A program made the position numbers and the translations under genes. A stretch of DNA of 64,000 bases, taken from assembly GCA_965235115.1 (NCBI GenBank), contig OZ249445.1, positions 744,001 to 808,000 of the forward strand, read 5' to 3'. This document shows positions 1 to 13,000 of this stretch, in pieces. The notes beneath the pieces were generated by a model, which had not been told where the DNA came from, did no database searches, and worked only from the letters and a program-made list of their open reading frames with translations. The DNA is from Laetmonice hystrix (taxonomy: Eukaryota). Position 1 is the stretch's first letter; the number at the start of each line of letters is the position of its first letter.

Positions 1-311
1 CCTAAATTTCCTGTGTCAGCATTGATTTTTGGGCGCAGTAGTGACACAATGAGCTGTCACATCTTCCGTTTTACATTGTGCTCACTTCTGTTGACTTTGC
101 TTCCCAAATGTTCCTGCCAATGTTGCAGACAATGGACGCAAAGCCTACACATGTGAGCGTAAGAGTGACGCAAGGGACACAGCTAGTACGAGTATGGATG
201 CAACCGACATAATGTGATACAAGACCAACACATTAAGTAACTTAATTGCGTCAACGGATGCGGGACTTGCATCGCAAGACCGACATACGATCGACGCAAC
301 TTCGACGCAAA

Positions 312-531
312 AAGCCTCTCCACTATACGTCAGGATTTGCGTTGCTTGTGTCAACGCAGCAAATTTGGGACGTCCCAAAAATTACTTTGCACTGCGTAAC
401 TTGTGACCCCGCCTGAGCCCATTGGCATTGCATCGACTGCGTCACTTTGCGTTATTCACTGCCCCAAAAGTGGCGCAGTACGGACGCAATCGACGCAGGG
501 CCAAAAACGCATATTAGTGGGAGCTTGGCTT
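312..531. mobile_element. Possible decayed MITE with GACGCA-rich interior
   Basis: Imperfect inverted ends AAGCCTCTCCACTATA / TATTAGTGGGAGCTTGGCTT; many GACGCA/TGCGTC motifs. Confidence 0.35.
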
Positions 532-1202
532 TACTTTTTAGGCCAAGCCTACTTACTGTTAAGAACTGTTATCCTCCCCCCCCCCCCCCCCCCCCCCCCA
601 TCGTCCCATTGCCTGGATTGGCATTTCTTTCATCACACACAATCATACACAAGCCAGGCACAAGATTTTCAATTAAATGTGAGTATTATTTAGACAGGTG
701 TATACCTCAGCCTTGGTCTTTGCCGTCCTGTTATTTCATATAAGTCTGCGCTACAGACTTACAATTTGCATAATCAAAGCTATTTCGGTCTTTGGTCAAT
801 CGCACGCTCTACTACACGGGGGCAACCCGGCGCGAACCCTGAACGGAGCGATCTAGGTTAGGGAATCCCCTCCAGGGTTGTGTCAAAAACCAAACCATAC
901 AGAGGCGAAGTTGCGTTTCGTCTAAGATGTGAACCAATGACTTTTGAAAGCAGAACAGGTGTATAGTTTGCAGAAAGTCACCAAATTCATGGACAGAAAG
1001 ATGCTGAAGGAAAGATTGTAATTTTATTCGGTTAAAATAATTTCGGTTCGGGCCCTAGAATCAGCTAGAGTCCGTTCCGGTTTCAATACGGTATATCATG
1101 ACTAAATGCGTATTTTCCATTAGCCGGAAAAGGGTATTCCCTAACCTATATGGACTAACGTTTCCGGTTCTTGGTCCGAGTTGGTCCGCAGATGGAGCAA
1201 AA

Positions 1203-2391
1203 ATGGTAAATAACCTTTGCTTGGCAGTTTATTTGTGAGATTTAACATCGGCGGATATAATGTGACCAACGTGACCATTTACATCTATGGTTATAGATCA
1301 GAGAATGTCCCTGCTAGCACTGTGAACTGTGTTTATTTTTACTAATTTTTAGCGAGTTGTGACTGGGGCTGGGCCTTGCCTGCCTAGCCTGGGTCTCCGG
1401 ACTGTAAAAACATTGGACATGCCACGTCAGTTAGTTTTACGATCATGATGAAGGTATTCACACACAGCCAGGTGTACGGCCTTACGTGGTTAGGGGGAGA
1501 CCAACATGCTGTCTACGGTGTCTACCCATCCCGCAGTCAAAAACTTATCCCCCTGCCCTGGCCTAATTAATTTAGGCTAATAATTAATAATAATAAGGAA
1601 TTTTAAACCTGTTTCTGTACATTGTTTCAGTCTGCACTCTTCAACTTCCAAAGTCTGCTGACAGTTGTTTTGTTACTTATATGCACATGTGCATATGTCC
1701 GCTCCATTGCACCACGGATGTTAGACAAGAACAAGGACGGGTAGGTCCACACTCAAAATCTGACATCAATTTTAAATGCTTTTTGCTGTTATAAGCAATA
1801 AATTTTAAATGCTTCTCTATAACATTTACCTTCAGTAGAGAACTGCCAGTTTAAAACTATTAAATTATGTCATGTAAACGTAAGACCAGTTTAAGAAATA
1901 TTTTCATACTTGCCAGAGACCTGAAAAGAGAGACCATTTATTTGGTTTGTTTGGTTCACTCTCACACATGTGTTTACAGGTTACTGGGTATCTTTTGGAA
2001 GCTGGCAAGGATAGGTGAGTTACAAAACAAGGAAGTTTGTCCTATATGTTCATTTGAAAGATAGGTAACGGTGCTTCGCCTTAAAATAATGCCTAGGGAA
2101 GCAGTTATTAGTGCAGTGTATTATGTCGTAGTGGACGACTGTTATTCATGATTAACCGCCTCCTGCAGTGCTCTACCACTGTGTACATACGCCGCCTCCT
2201 GCAGTGCTCTACCACTGTGTACATACGCCGCCTCCTGCAGTGCTCTACCACTGTGTACATACGCCGCCTCCTGCAGTGCTCTACCACTGTGTACATACAA
2301 AATGTTTTGTCTAATTTCAGGTGAACGAAAAAGTCCCTACATTGCGGTGTGTTGCATTGCTATGGCATTCAGCATATTATTCATGTCCTGA
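1203..2391 (+). CDS. TMEM167A: Protein kish / TMEM167 (72 aa), 4 exons
   Basis: join(1203-1205,1631-1740,1980-2014,2321-2391), all GT-AG, 219 nt. Translates [72 protein letters not shown], recognisably kish. ATG-only first coding exon. AATAAA at 2890. Confidence 0.95.
2156..2298. repeat. 36-bp tandem repeat x4 in TMEM167 intron 3
   Basis: Unit CCGCCTCCTGCAGTGCTCTACCACTGTGTACATACG; ends 22 bp before the acceptor. Confidence 0.95.
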
Positions 2392-3255
2392 ACTCTATCG
2401 AGTCTCTATCGAGTCGAAGCCATTGAACTGAAACCAGGATTGGTGTGCCAGTGATACGATTGGTGAGAACCTATTATCTTGCATGGACAGGAATATGTCA
2501 AAACACAAGGACAGGGCGAAGAGAACCCAGATGCACGGCACAGCGCCATCAGTGGGTTGGGAATCATGTACGACATGATTTCTACACGTATAAAAACATC
2601 TCAAACAGACGCCCAACAGTCGGCGTGTCTAAACTCCAAGAGGGACCACTCAAGTCATCACAAACGTTTCGTGATCAGTTCCGTGTAAACTGCTACCATC
2701 AACCCATATCTTGTACTCCTCTCCCCACCCACTCCCCGCTCACGAGGCCAAGTGAACCTAAAGCGGCAACCGCAGACTACCCAGACATGACAGAAAGTGG
2801 CAAAGGAGTTGGTCTGCCAAAAGATGGAGAAATAAAAAACTAAATCTATGCATTATCTGTCGTGTGATGTCACGTTAACTTGGTCATGGAATAAAATTTA
2901 ACTCAATGTCCAATACTTTTATTTTATTACTGTGAGACTTGTCTTATTTCTTAGTAGATTTACTTTGAAAACGTGATTTACCTACGTGTTTTGTTGCCAT
3001 TTCAAGGTAACTACACAGAGACAAAAGTGGATTTTTTAGATTTCTATTTATTCACTGATTTCTAGCAGTATGTAGCTATATTACAGAACTACCATATAAA
3101 CAGACAAGGCCGAGTGTGTTACACCAGGGACACTTTCAGAAACACTCCATACCTTTAAAATTCTCCCAGGTTGGGTAGTATATGCTCGCAGTGAAACCAA
3201 TTCTCTTGGTTACATCAAACAAAGAGTTCGTTGGGGAATCCTTGACTATAAACCC

Positions 3256-3517
3256 CTGTCAGTGTCTCAAGGACCACTCGTGTTTAATTGACAATCCTGG
3301 CACTCGTGTTTACTTGACGATCCTGGCTCACATCATTGATACTGTCAGTGTCTCAAGGACAACTCGTGTTTACTTGACGATCCTGGCTCACATCATTGAT
3401 ACTGTCAGTGTCTCAAGGACAACTCGTGTTTACTTGACGATCCTGGCTCACATCATTGATACTGTCAGTGTCTCAAGGACAACTCGTGTTTACTTGACGA
3501 TCCTGGCTCACATTGAT
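3256..3517. repeat. 60-bp tandem repeat (~4 copies) in the VPS18 3' UTR
   Basis: Unit ACTCGTGTTTACTTGACGATCCTGGCTCACATCATTGATACTGTCAGTGTCTCAAGGACA; lines 3361 and 3421 are identical. Confidence 0.93.
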
Positions 3518-3598
3518 AATTACATCCACATCAATATTGCACATCTTCATAACGTGGTGGTTACATTCGGTCATGTTTGGTCCTGGTTCTGTTCCCTC

Positions 3599-4000
3599 GA
3601 TCATAACCAGGTCTTCATGACGTCACTGTACTCGTCAGGATCATAAACCGATCATAACCAGGTCTTCATGACGTCACTGTACTCGTCAGGATCATAAACC
3701 GATCATAACCAGGTCTTCATGACGTCACTGTACTCATCAGGATCATAAACCGATCATAACCAGGTCTTCATGACGTCACTGTACTCGTCAGGATCATAAA
3801 CCGATCATAACCAGGTCTTCATGACGTCACTGTACTCATCAGGATCATAAACCGATCATAACCAGGTCTTCATGACGTCACTGTACTCGTCAGGATCATA
3901 AACCAATCATAACCAGGTCTTCATGACGTCACTGTACTCGTCAGGATCATAAACCAATCATAACCAGGTCTTCATGACGTCACTGTACTCGTCAGGATCA
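3599..4000. repeat. 51-bp tandem repeat x8 containing the VPS18 C-terminus and stop codon
   Basis: Minus-strand unit GATCCTGACGAGTACAGTGACGTCATGAAGACCTGGTTATGATCGGTTTAT = DPDEYSDVMKTWL*SVY. Confidence 0.95.
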
Positions 4001-7000
4001 ATGAAAGGCTTGTCGATACTCCTGTAAAGAAATGCACATTTCTTGAATCCAAGGAGGTAAACTTTACTCCTGGATAACGAGTTTTAATAAAGCCAAGAAT
4101 AAAATAAAAATTTAATTGGCTAAAACAACATCACAAAAAGGCCATAGCACCAAGGATCCATGGTCCGAGTCATCTGAAACACTTCCCTTGTAACCACAAT
4201 TTAAAATTCGAGCAAAATCTCGCACTTTATTACATCGTGAGACATGAGAAATGATCTTTCTGTTATATTGTTTAGTTCTTTTAGCTGTGAAATAAAACCA
4301 TTAAAATGTCCTACCTGATCATGACGTCTCCACAGTACACACACTCAGCAGCGACGATGTCATCTAACTCCTCCTGGTGGTACACAAAGGAAGTACATGT
4401 AAAGTACATCAGTTTTTACCTCTGACGTCATGCACTCCGATCCTCATGTCAAACTGAGCCTTGTGAATGAGGAACAAACCAGAACTTGTCATGTTCTTTT
4501 TCTTGACAGATAATAAAATGTACAAGCAGTAGATCTAGTCACTTTATGCCTGCCATGTCACATTGTGACATTAAATTGTTTTACATGCATATCAAATGTA
4601 AATAACTCTGGACACCTCTACTTTCCAACCATGCACACAGGACATACTGTGGACCGGAGAGTCGTGGTAATTTTAGGACATTAGCAACCAAAGCCATCCC
4701 CATGGCCAAAAGTAATCCCAAGATTTTAAAAAACACATTAGTTGGTAAAAGGAGCCATTTTCATGTGGTTCAACATGTGCCATTGGAAGGCCAAGTTTCG
4801 ATATGTCGTTACTAGTTCACCTTGAGTGTCTGGTGTTCCCGGGAGAGGGGTGTGTGCATCAGAGCGTGACCAGACGTGTTGGAGGGGGACTGTTCATGGA
4901 CACTCAGCTGATGTTGAATGTCTTCTGCCTTCACCCGCTTGGCAACACTCAAATGGGGCGTCACCTGAACAACAATCACTCAATACTATCTCACAACTAA
5001 AACAACAGCCAGCAATGGAAATATGTTTCGACTTTTCTTTTCTTTGTGTTTTTATTCTAACTGAACAGGAACACTTACCTCCGTGATGAGGCAGTCACTA
5101 TGGAACCGATGCATACAGGGGAAGATGTAGAATGCTCGCGTCATGAGGGGAAAGCCACAGGTGGAGCACTTGTCCTGAGCCTTGACGAAGGCATACCTGC
5201 AGTGGAATGGTGGTACGGGCCTCAGGCACAGTCACAGAGCAACATGGGAAACAGGTTGAACTGGGGACAAGCATCACATGTTCCAATGGACATTTAGTAA
5301 TCCACAAAATCTCTATTTGCTGTAAGATCTCCCGTCTAGTTATCCTCTGCATGTAACCTTGGTGCTGTGAGCTTCAAGAAAACACCAAAACTTCAGGTTT
5401 CTTTGTACACACGACCCAGCACCTACTTGTTTCTGAAAGCCTGAATTTCAGCTCGTATTTCCCGTGCACTTTCTGTAGCTTCCTCCATCTCCTCCTTGAG
5501 AGCGTCGATGTGCTGGTTGTACTCTAGGAGCGATGTACAGATGGCGTCCTTGAAATGGTCAATTGTGACAAAGTCCGGGAAGAAAGGAAGGATGTCCTCA
5601 ATCTGGAGGAGGTCACACTCATGGAGGAACTCCATGGCCCGGGCGATGTCCTTCTCCTCCTCCACCACGTGGCGAGCTGCAAACAAACATTCAACATAAT
5701 CCAAATGTTTCCACACCGGAAAAATTTTCCTGGGACCAGGTGATTGGCTCAACAGTGGCCTGTGGTTCTCACCGATCTACAGCCTGACCGATCTACAGAC
5801 ATGTTTACCATATCTCCCTCCCTCCCTACCGCCAGAGTTCTGTAGTTGTTCATCTACAGGTGGTTACCACATGAGCAGATGTTTACCACACAACACTCAC
5901 CTATCTGCAGACAGAGTTCTGTAGTTGTTCATCTACAGGTGGTTACCACATGAGCAGATGTTTACCACACAACACTCACCTATCTGCAGCCAGAGTTTTT
6001 TCCTCAGCTCCTCATCATCCTCAGGTTTGCTAGCATTCTGTTTGGCCAAGTCCACGTCTACCTGTTGGAGTATATCACATACGTATACAATTAATTACTA
6101 TTGGGGGAGAAAACTGACTCAAATTGAATGTGCCTTAGCCAAAAGATTATTCTCAAGTAGTGGCATTGTCTGATCATACCTGGAGTGCTAAGTCCACAGC
6201 CTCCTCGTACAGTCCCATTGTGGCGTAAATATGTACACACGCCCTCTTGTGGTCATGTTCGGCACACAGACGAAGGGCATATTTCAGGTCGTAACAAACA
6301 GTTTCAGAGTCCTAGAATAAAGAACCATTTGTTAGCAAGTATGCAGTGTTATCTAAGACTGTGAATGAAAACATTCATTGTGACCTGTAAATGATTGAAG
6401 CAGTTATACCCAGCCCTAACAAATTCTACAATCCCACACTGCCTGCCTGTCGGGGGGGGGGGGGGGGGGGCTGACCCACCTGGCCCTGAGCGTTCAGGTA
6501 AGTCATGAGTTTGTCCGGCTGTAGCTTGGCGTACAGTGAGAGTAGATAGTTGTGGATGGCTTGGTCTCGGTTGTCTTGTTTAACACACTCCTCGAGGTAC
6601 CGGATGGCTTCGTTACCCTACAAAACCACACCAACATTAGCTACACTGCTCGAGGTACCGGATGGCTTCGTTACCCTATAAAACCACACCAACATTAGCC
6701 ACACTGCTCGAGGTACCGGATGGCTTCGTTACCCTATAAAACCACACCAACATTAGCCACACTCCTCGAGATACTGGATGGCTTCGTTACCCTACAAAAC
6801 CACACCAACATTAGCGACACTGCTCGAGGTACCGGATGGCTTCGTTACCCTATAAAACCACATAAAACCCTATACCTAATGACCCTGTACCCAATGACCC
6901 AATGACATATGAAGAGTCCTCGTTGAGAGTGACAGGCCTGGACTATATAATAACCTGACTGACCTGAGCACGGTATTTGTGGTGGTCATACTGTACGAGA

Positions 7001-10000
7001 GCAGGAATCAACATCTTGGGGTCCAGCTGACCACCTTTAGCTATCCAGGCGTCCACCGTTTCCATGGGTACGTTCTGCATTAGGAGTGGTGAAAACTTGT
7101 AGAAGAGATCAACATCTGTTTGTTTGGAGAGGATTTCGAGTGCACCCACGTAGTTCTCATGTTGAAGGTGATGACTGATGACACGCTCGTAATCTGTGCA
7201 GCCAAGAGAAAAACTATGAGTGATTAAAACACAAATCCCACGTCTGTTCATCTCCTCAACTGGCATTCTCTATGATCAATAACCTCACGATATGAGAATG
7301 AGACTGGCAGCGAGTGTTTACACACGGTCGCAGGTCAGCGATTGTTTACACATGGTCGCAGGTCAGCGATTGTTTACACATGGTCGCAGGTCAGCGATTG
7401 TTTACACACGGTCGCAGGTCAGCGACTGTTTACACACAGTCGCAGGTCAGCGATTGTTTACACATGGTCGCAGGTCATCCACTCTTGGTAACTGTTGTGA
7501 TTATGGCAGCAGAATCAGTTGTTGCACATGTAGCAATGATTACGAAGATTATTATTACAGATAAAGACAACAATAGAGAGGTCCCCCAACCGGACATACA
7601 GCAGTCATACTCTAGTAGTAACTAAACCTAAGCTTACCTTGCATGAGGACTGCAAAAAATATCATGTCTTCCACATCGCCATGACTTGCAATCAGGTCAT
7701 AGATTGTCGTCCGGTTGTAATTCACACATTCCTATCAGATGGGAATAAAAACGATCTTAGAATACAAGAAACACAGCACAGACCGTTTACATTTGGTTCA
7801 CGTGGACTGAAAGACTGTAATAAAAACTGAACAAATGTTTAAACCTCATACCAGAGGGCAGTACAAGAGTTGCTCACCTTGACGCTGGGACGGGCCAGGA
7901 ATTTTCTGAATTCTTCCTGCAGCATGTCATACTGGTCAGAGGTCTCCTTGCCCTGTTCCTTGAGGACTCCGAGATGGTTGAGATAGAGTTCAATCAACCA
8001 CGTCACCAGCATCGTCACCTGAGTCTTGTCCTGAGAGCAAACATAGAGTTCACTTCAAATTACTGCATCGACTTCACCTCAAACTCATTCTGTTAACTAA
8101 TTGACTAGAGATTGCGCAGCTGTCTGACCTGCTGTTTGAGGGTGGCCAGCCTGTGCAGGAGGAACGTCTTCAGGGCATCCTTCTGCTCTAACACGATGTA
8201 CTTCAGGGCAATCTCCTCAAACGAGTTCTGGGTCTTGGCATAGATCTCAGCACTCCGACGATATCTGGACAGAAGGGAAATCAAAGTAAAGGCAGGTTAC
8301 ACTATATTATCACAATTTTGCAAAAACCCATGAAGATTGCCACAATATATCCCACCCACACAAACTGTAAACAGAACACGGGTAGACAGAATTAAGATGG
8401 ACACCAGCTGAGGCAGGGAGATGACAAATTGGAAAGGTAAAACCAAGAGAACCACTGTGTGGCTAGCATTCCCTGACAGAGCCAAGTACTTACTCTCCTT
8501 TCTTGAAGTAGAACTCTGCCTGTTTGCTTAGAACCTTGTCCATATTGGCAGGGTTATCCTGGAGATGAAAATTACAAGAATTCTCAAGTCAAAAATTTCA
8601 GTTTTTAACCCTTCCAAAATTTACATCATTTACTGCAGAGGTATTGTTACGTCACATTTTTAGGAGTCCTAAATGATTTTAAATAATGTGTAGAAGGTGA
8701 TAGAATACCTTACAGTACTCCCTGGCGAGGTCAAACTCCTCCTTGTCTAAGTACATCTGCCATACATCTCTGAAACCACAAACTTAGGGTCAGCCTTGGT
8801 TGGTTTGGTCACCTCTCCACACATACAGCTACAACTACAGGATATCATAATTATTATTATACCATATCATCACCCTCATCATCCTTAACCAGTCAGCTTT
8901 ATGTACAACATTCTGCAACACCTGACAAACTACCTGGACTCACGGACAACCTTGTACTTGGTATCATTATCACCTACCTAGACTCATGGACAACCTTGTA
9001 CTTGATATCATTATCACCTACCTGGACTCACGGACAACCTTGTACTTGATATCATTATCACCTACCTGGACTCACGGACAATCTTGTACTTGATATCATT
9101 ATCACCTACCTAGACTCATGGACAACCTTGTACTTGATATCATCGTCACCTACCTGGACACACGGACAACCTTGTACTTGATATCATTATCACCTACCTG
9201 GACTCACGGACAACCTTGTACTTGATATCATTATCACCTACCTGGACTCACGGACAACCTTGTACTTGATATCATTATCACCTACCTGGACTCACGGACA
9301 ACCTTGTACTTGATATCACTATCACCTACCTGGACTCACGGACAACCTTGTACTTGATATCATTATCACCTACCTGGACTCACGGACAACCTTGTACTTG
9401 ATATCACTATCACCTACCTGGACTCACGGACAACCTTGTACTTGATATCATTATCACCTACCTGGACACACGGACAACCTTCTACTTGATATCATTATCA
9501 CCTACCTGGACTCACGGACAACCTTGTACTTGATATCATTATCACCTACCTGGACTCACGGACAACCTTGTACTTGATATCATTATCACCTACCTGGACT
9601 CACGGACAACCTTGTACTTGATATCATTATCACCTACCTGGACTCACGGACAACCTTGTACTTGAAGACATTCTGACTGGTGAATGCCCATATTGTCCCT
9701 TTCAAGGGATCCTTGCACATCCCAATCAGTTTGCCAAAACGCTTCAAGTAAGAAGAGTAATCAAGTCTTCATTACCGTCAAATGTGGTCATTCTCACCGT
9801 AGTTTTATTTTTTGTAATAGCAATATTGGTCCAGTAAAACTGACAGATTAATAGTTTAAAAACATACCCCAAAAAATCAGTCTAGAAAGTTAAAAAACTA
9901 AAGGTTTATATCCCTATGGGCTGCCGTAGCTACGTTCAGCTTAAAGCTTGCTGCTTAGAGCCTTTTTGAAACCAGGGCCAGGAGAAGTCAATAAAGTGTA

Positions 10001-13000
10001 CTTACATCAGGAGGAATGAGGTCATCGTATATAAGCTGTTCATTCAGGCTACAGACAGCCTTCAACCTATACAAAACAAAACTTCTCATTGTATACCATC
10101 GCTGTAAATAGGTTCTCTTCATCGTATACCATAGCTGTAAATATGTTCTCTTCATTGTATACCATAGCTGTAAATATGTTCTCTTCATCGTATACCATAG
10201 CTGTAAATATGTTCTCTTCATCGTATACCATAGCTGTAAATATGTTCTCTTCATCGTATACCATAGCTGTAAATATGTTCTCTTTATTGTATACCATTGC
10301 TGTAAATATGTTCTCTTTATTGTATACCATAGCTGTAAAACATGAGACAGCTAGTTTGAAAACTACCAAAGCTACACTAGGATATGGATTGAGCTGACCC
10401 CACTATTCGACACTGTTAGGGTCTTGAATACAATGTCTGAGGAACCTCACTCAAGTCATTCTCTTATCTTACTGAAGAAAACAATCAAAAAATATACATG
10501 AACTGTGATAAATTTAATTATGATCTGACCGGTCATTAAAGAGAACCAAAACATGGAACTCAGTGAGGACAATGGCCAGTGGGAGAGGGTTGCTTTCAAC
10601 ATCGTCTGTCGGATACTGCATCAGTTTGGTATCCATGGTGATCGAGTCCTGGCCTAGCGTTCCTGTCACATCTATGTTACCATAGTAGATCCCTGGACCT
10701 GTGTACAGTACAATAGCACAACCAATCAATCAATCACTCACTGTAATTTATACTGTATTGGCTTACATGCTAAAGTGCCAGAGACAAGCCTACCAAATTA
10801 TGGCCAAAAGTTTCCAACACAACTCCTATGTCAGTTTCAGTTTGCACAACCGCATTGATTATGTAAAACGTGCCCTGTTACACGGCTTTACACTAACCTG
10901 TCATCCAGGCAAAGGACTTGGGCATGCCTCTATGTTTGGGATGGTAGAACTGAAGCTCACTATATCCAAAGTTACCCGGTAATTCGAGGAATCGCTCTGA
11001 ATGATCACATGAAAGGTTACCGTAACAACTTAGACAAAGAGACACATCAAATCTCAATACTTCAGTAACAAAACAACTTGAGTTTTTACATCAACATTTT
11101 GAGTTGCAAGTAACATTCACTTCCTACATGAGACTAGTTTTACATTCATTCATACCAGGTTGATCTTCATAATGGGAAAATATATGCTGAAATATGGGTG
11201 GCTCTGCTGATGTGGGGATTGACCCTATGAACTGGTACAGGCGTCTGAAATATAAAAATCACAATAAATACAGACAGACACTGTAATGTCATGGCCATAC
11301 ATCATACACCGCTTCAGCCAACTTCACCCAGCCTTGTTTCTCGTCATGTTGGGCTTATGAAATCTTTATTACATGAATTCTAGAACACCCAGATGAAAGA
11401 CACTGACCCGGGTAGTGTTGCCATGACGAAGTACCGATAGTCAGTCAGGGATGTTGATGGCAACTTTTCAAAGGCCAGTCCAGTGACAGGAGTGGCTTTT
11501 TCCTTGCCAAGGTTGAACAGCTATAAAAATATCAACCAGCTGGTCATTGTGCAAACAGTAAACACAACATAACTTAACACACGGATTGAATACTAACCTA
11601 TCACTACATCTCCCCTGCTTACTTTCTCCTGGCAAATGATACTCAACTATTTCATGATGAATTACTCTTCTAAATCAAAAATTCTTACCAGAATATCAAC
11701 ATACTTACGATAATTTAGATCCTACCTCATCTGATCCATAACTGATGTGATCTTTCCCCTCTATTCAATTCTGATCAATTCAGATTTTAAAATGCTACAA
11801 TCTTAACTTAAGATTTGCTTCCCACTTCTAATTGGCTGGTCAGCTGCTAATCATTGTATGTCTATATATACTTTTACCAAACAATCAGATGGATGTAGGA
11901 CCTTTTTTATGAACTTTTTACCACATCTCAGCAGATACAGAAGCAAACCACTTACAAATGGCAATTAACAAACACCAATTCTGCCATTCCACAGCAACCA
12001 TTCAGTTATCTTCCACACTTGAGAATCCTCCACACAGATCCTTAGATCAGGCCATTATTTTGGAGGGCTACATGTTTAGGAAAATCTGGAGATGATACTA
12101 ATAAATATATCACCTTACATCAGGGCGACACAAGATGTAAGATTGGGAGTTTAAGGTTTGGAAACATAGGCAAATAATCCCCAAATATTTTTAGTGAGAG
12201 AAAAATATTGTGGCTGAGGTCCGGAAGCTGGGAATGAACAGGAAACCAGTACAAGTTTTAGCTTGGAGTTCACTTAAACAAATTTAGACATTGAGCAAGA
12301 ATATTTTCCGTTTCTGCCAAAACGTTACTTCTAAAATCATGTATAACTTAACAACCTGTCTCAGGCTGAGTGGACAAAGTAATGATTGTGACACAGAAAG
12401 GATTGCGGTGTTTCAAGCTGAGGCAAGCTAAAGTCAAATGAAAGAAATGAAAACATGACACTACTGCTTGACAACAAACGAATGATTCTTCCACATGAAC
12501 AATTTCAACCATCAGGCTTTTCATTGTTTCCATGAAGTCTAGAAACAGACCCTTTTTCCACTCCTAATTTTCTTTTACAATGTCTGACACAAATATTTAT
12601 TAGGAATACCTCAAAGGTCTTTGAAGGAAGCATGAGCTTCAGGAAGCAAGAAGAGAAAAAAGGTAGATGCTTAATCTGTGTTCTACTGGGACAAAAAGTT
12701 GTTAAGACAAATTTCAGTCTTAATACTATGATTAATAGGCATGTAATAATCAAATATATTCAGCAACTTCCAATGTAATATGTTCTAATGTCCGCGTTCT
12801 GCACTGATATCAAATACCTTATCCATTTGTTCTCATCAGTAGTTTCTTAAATAACCTTGTATTCACTCTTCTTTTTTGTGCATAAACATCCATTTCATAA
12901 TTTTGGAAACCAATATCACCATGAGCTTAAAACAGTGCTAACGGTTGAAGATTTGATAGACAAACTGAGTATGATGAAGATTTCCTGATTCTTGCTCCTG

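Noticed and set aside
706-771. Minus-strand ATGCAAATT|GTAAGT as first exon of a divergent gene (human TMEM167A is head-to-head with XRCC4)
   Set aside because: The next acceptor is only ~35 nt away and leads to a stop; no XRCC4-like or ubiquitin-like sequence follows within the window.
2445-2843. 132-aa plus-strand ORF after TMEM167
   Set aside because: It lies in the 3' UTR before the AATAAA at 2890, begins with a non-ATG codon and shows no recognisable similarity.
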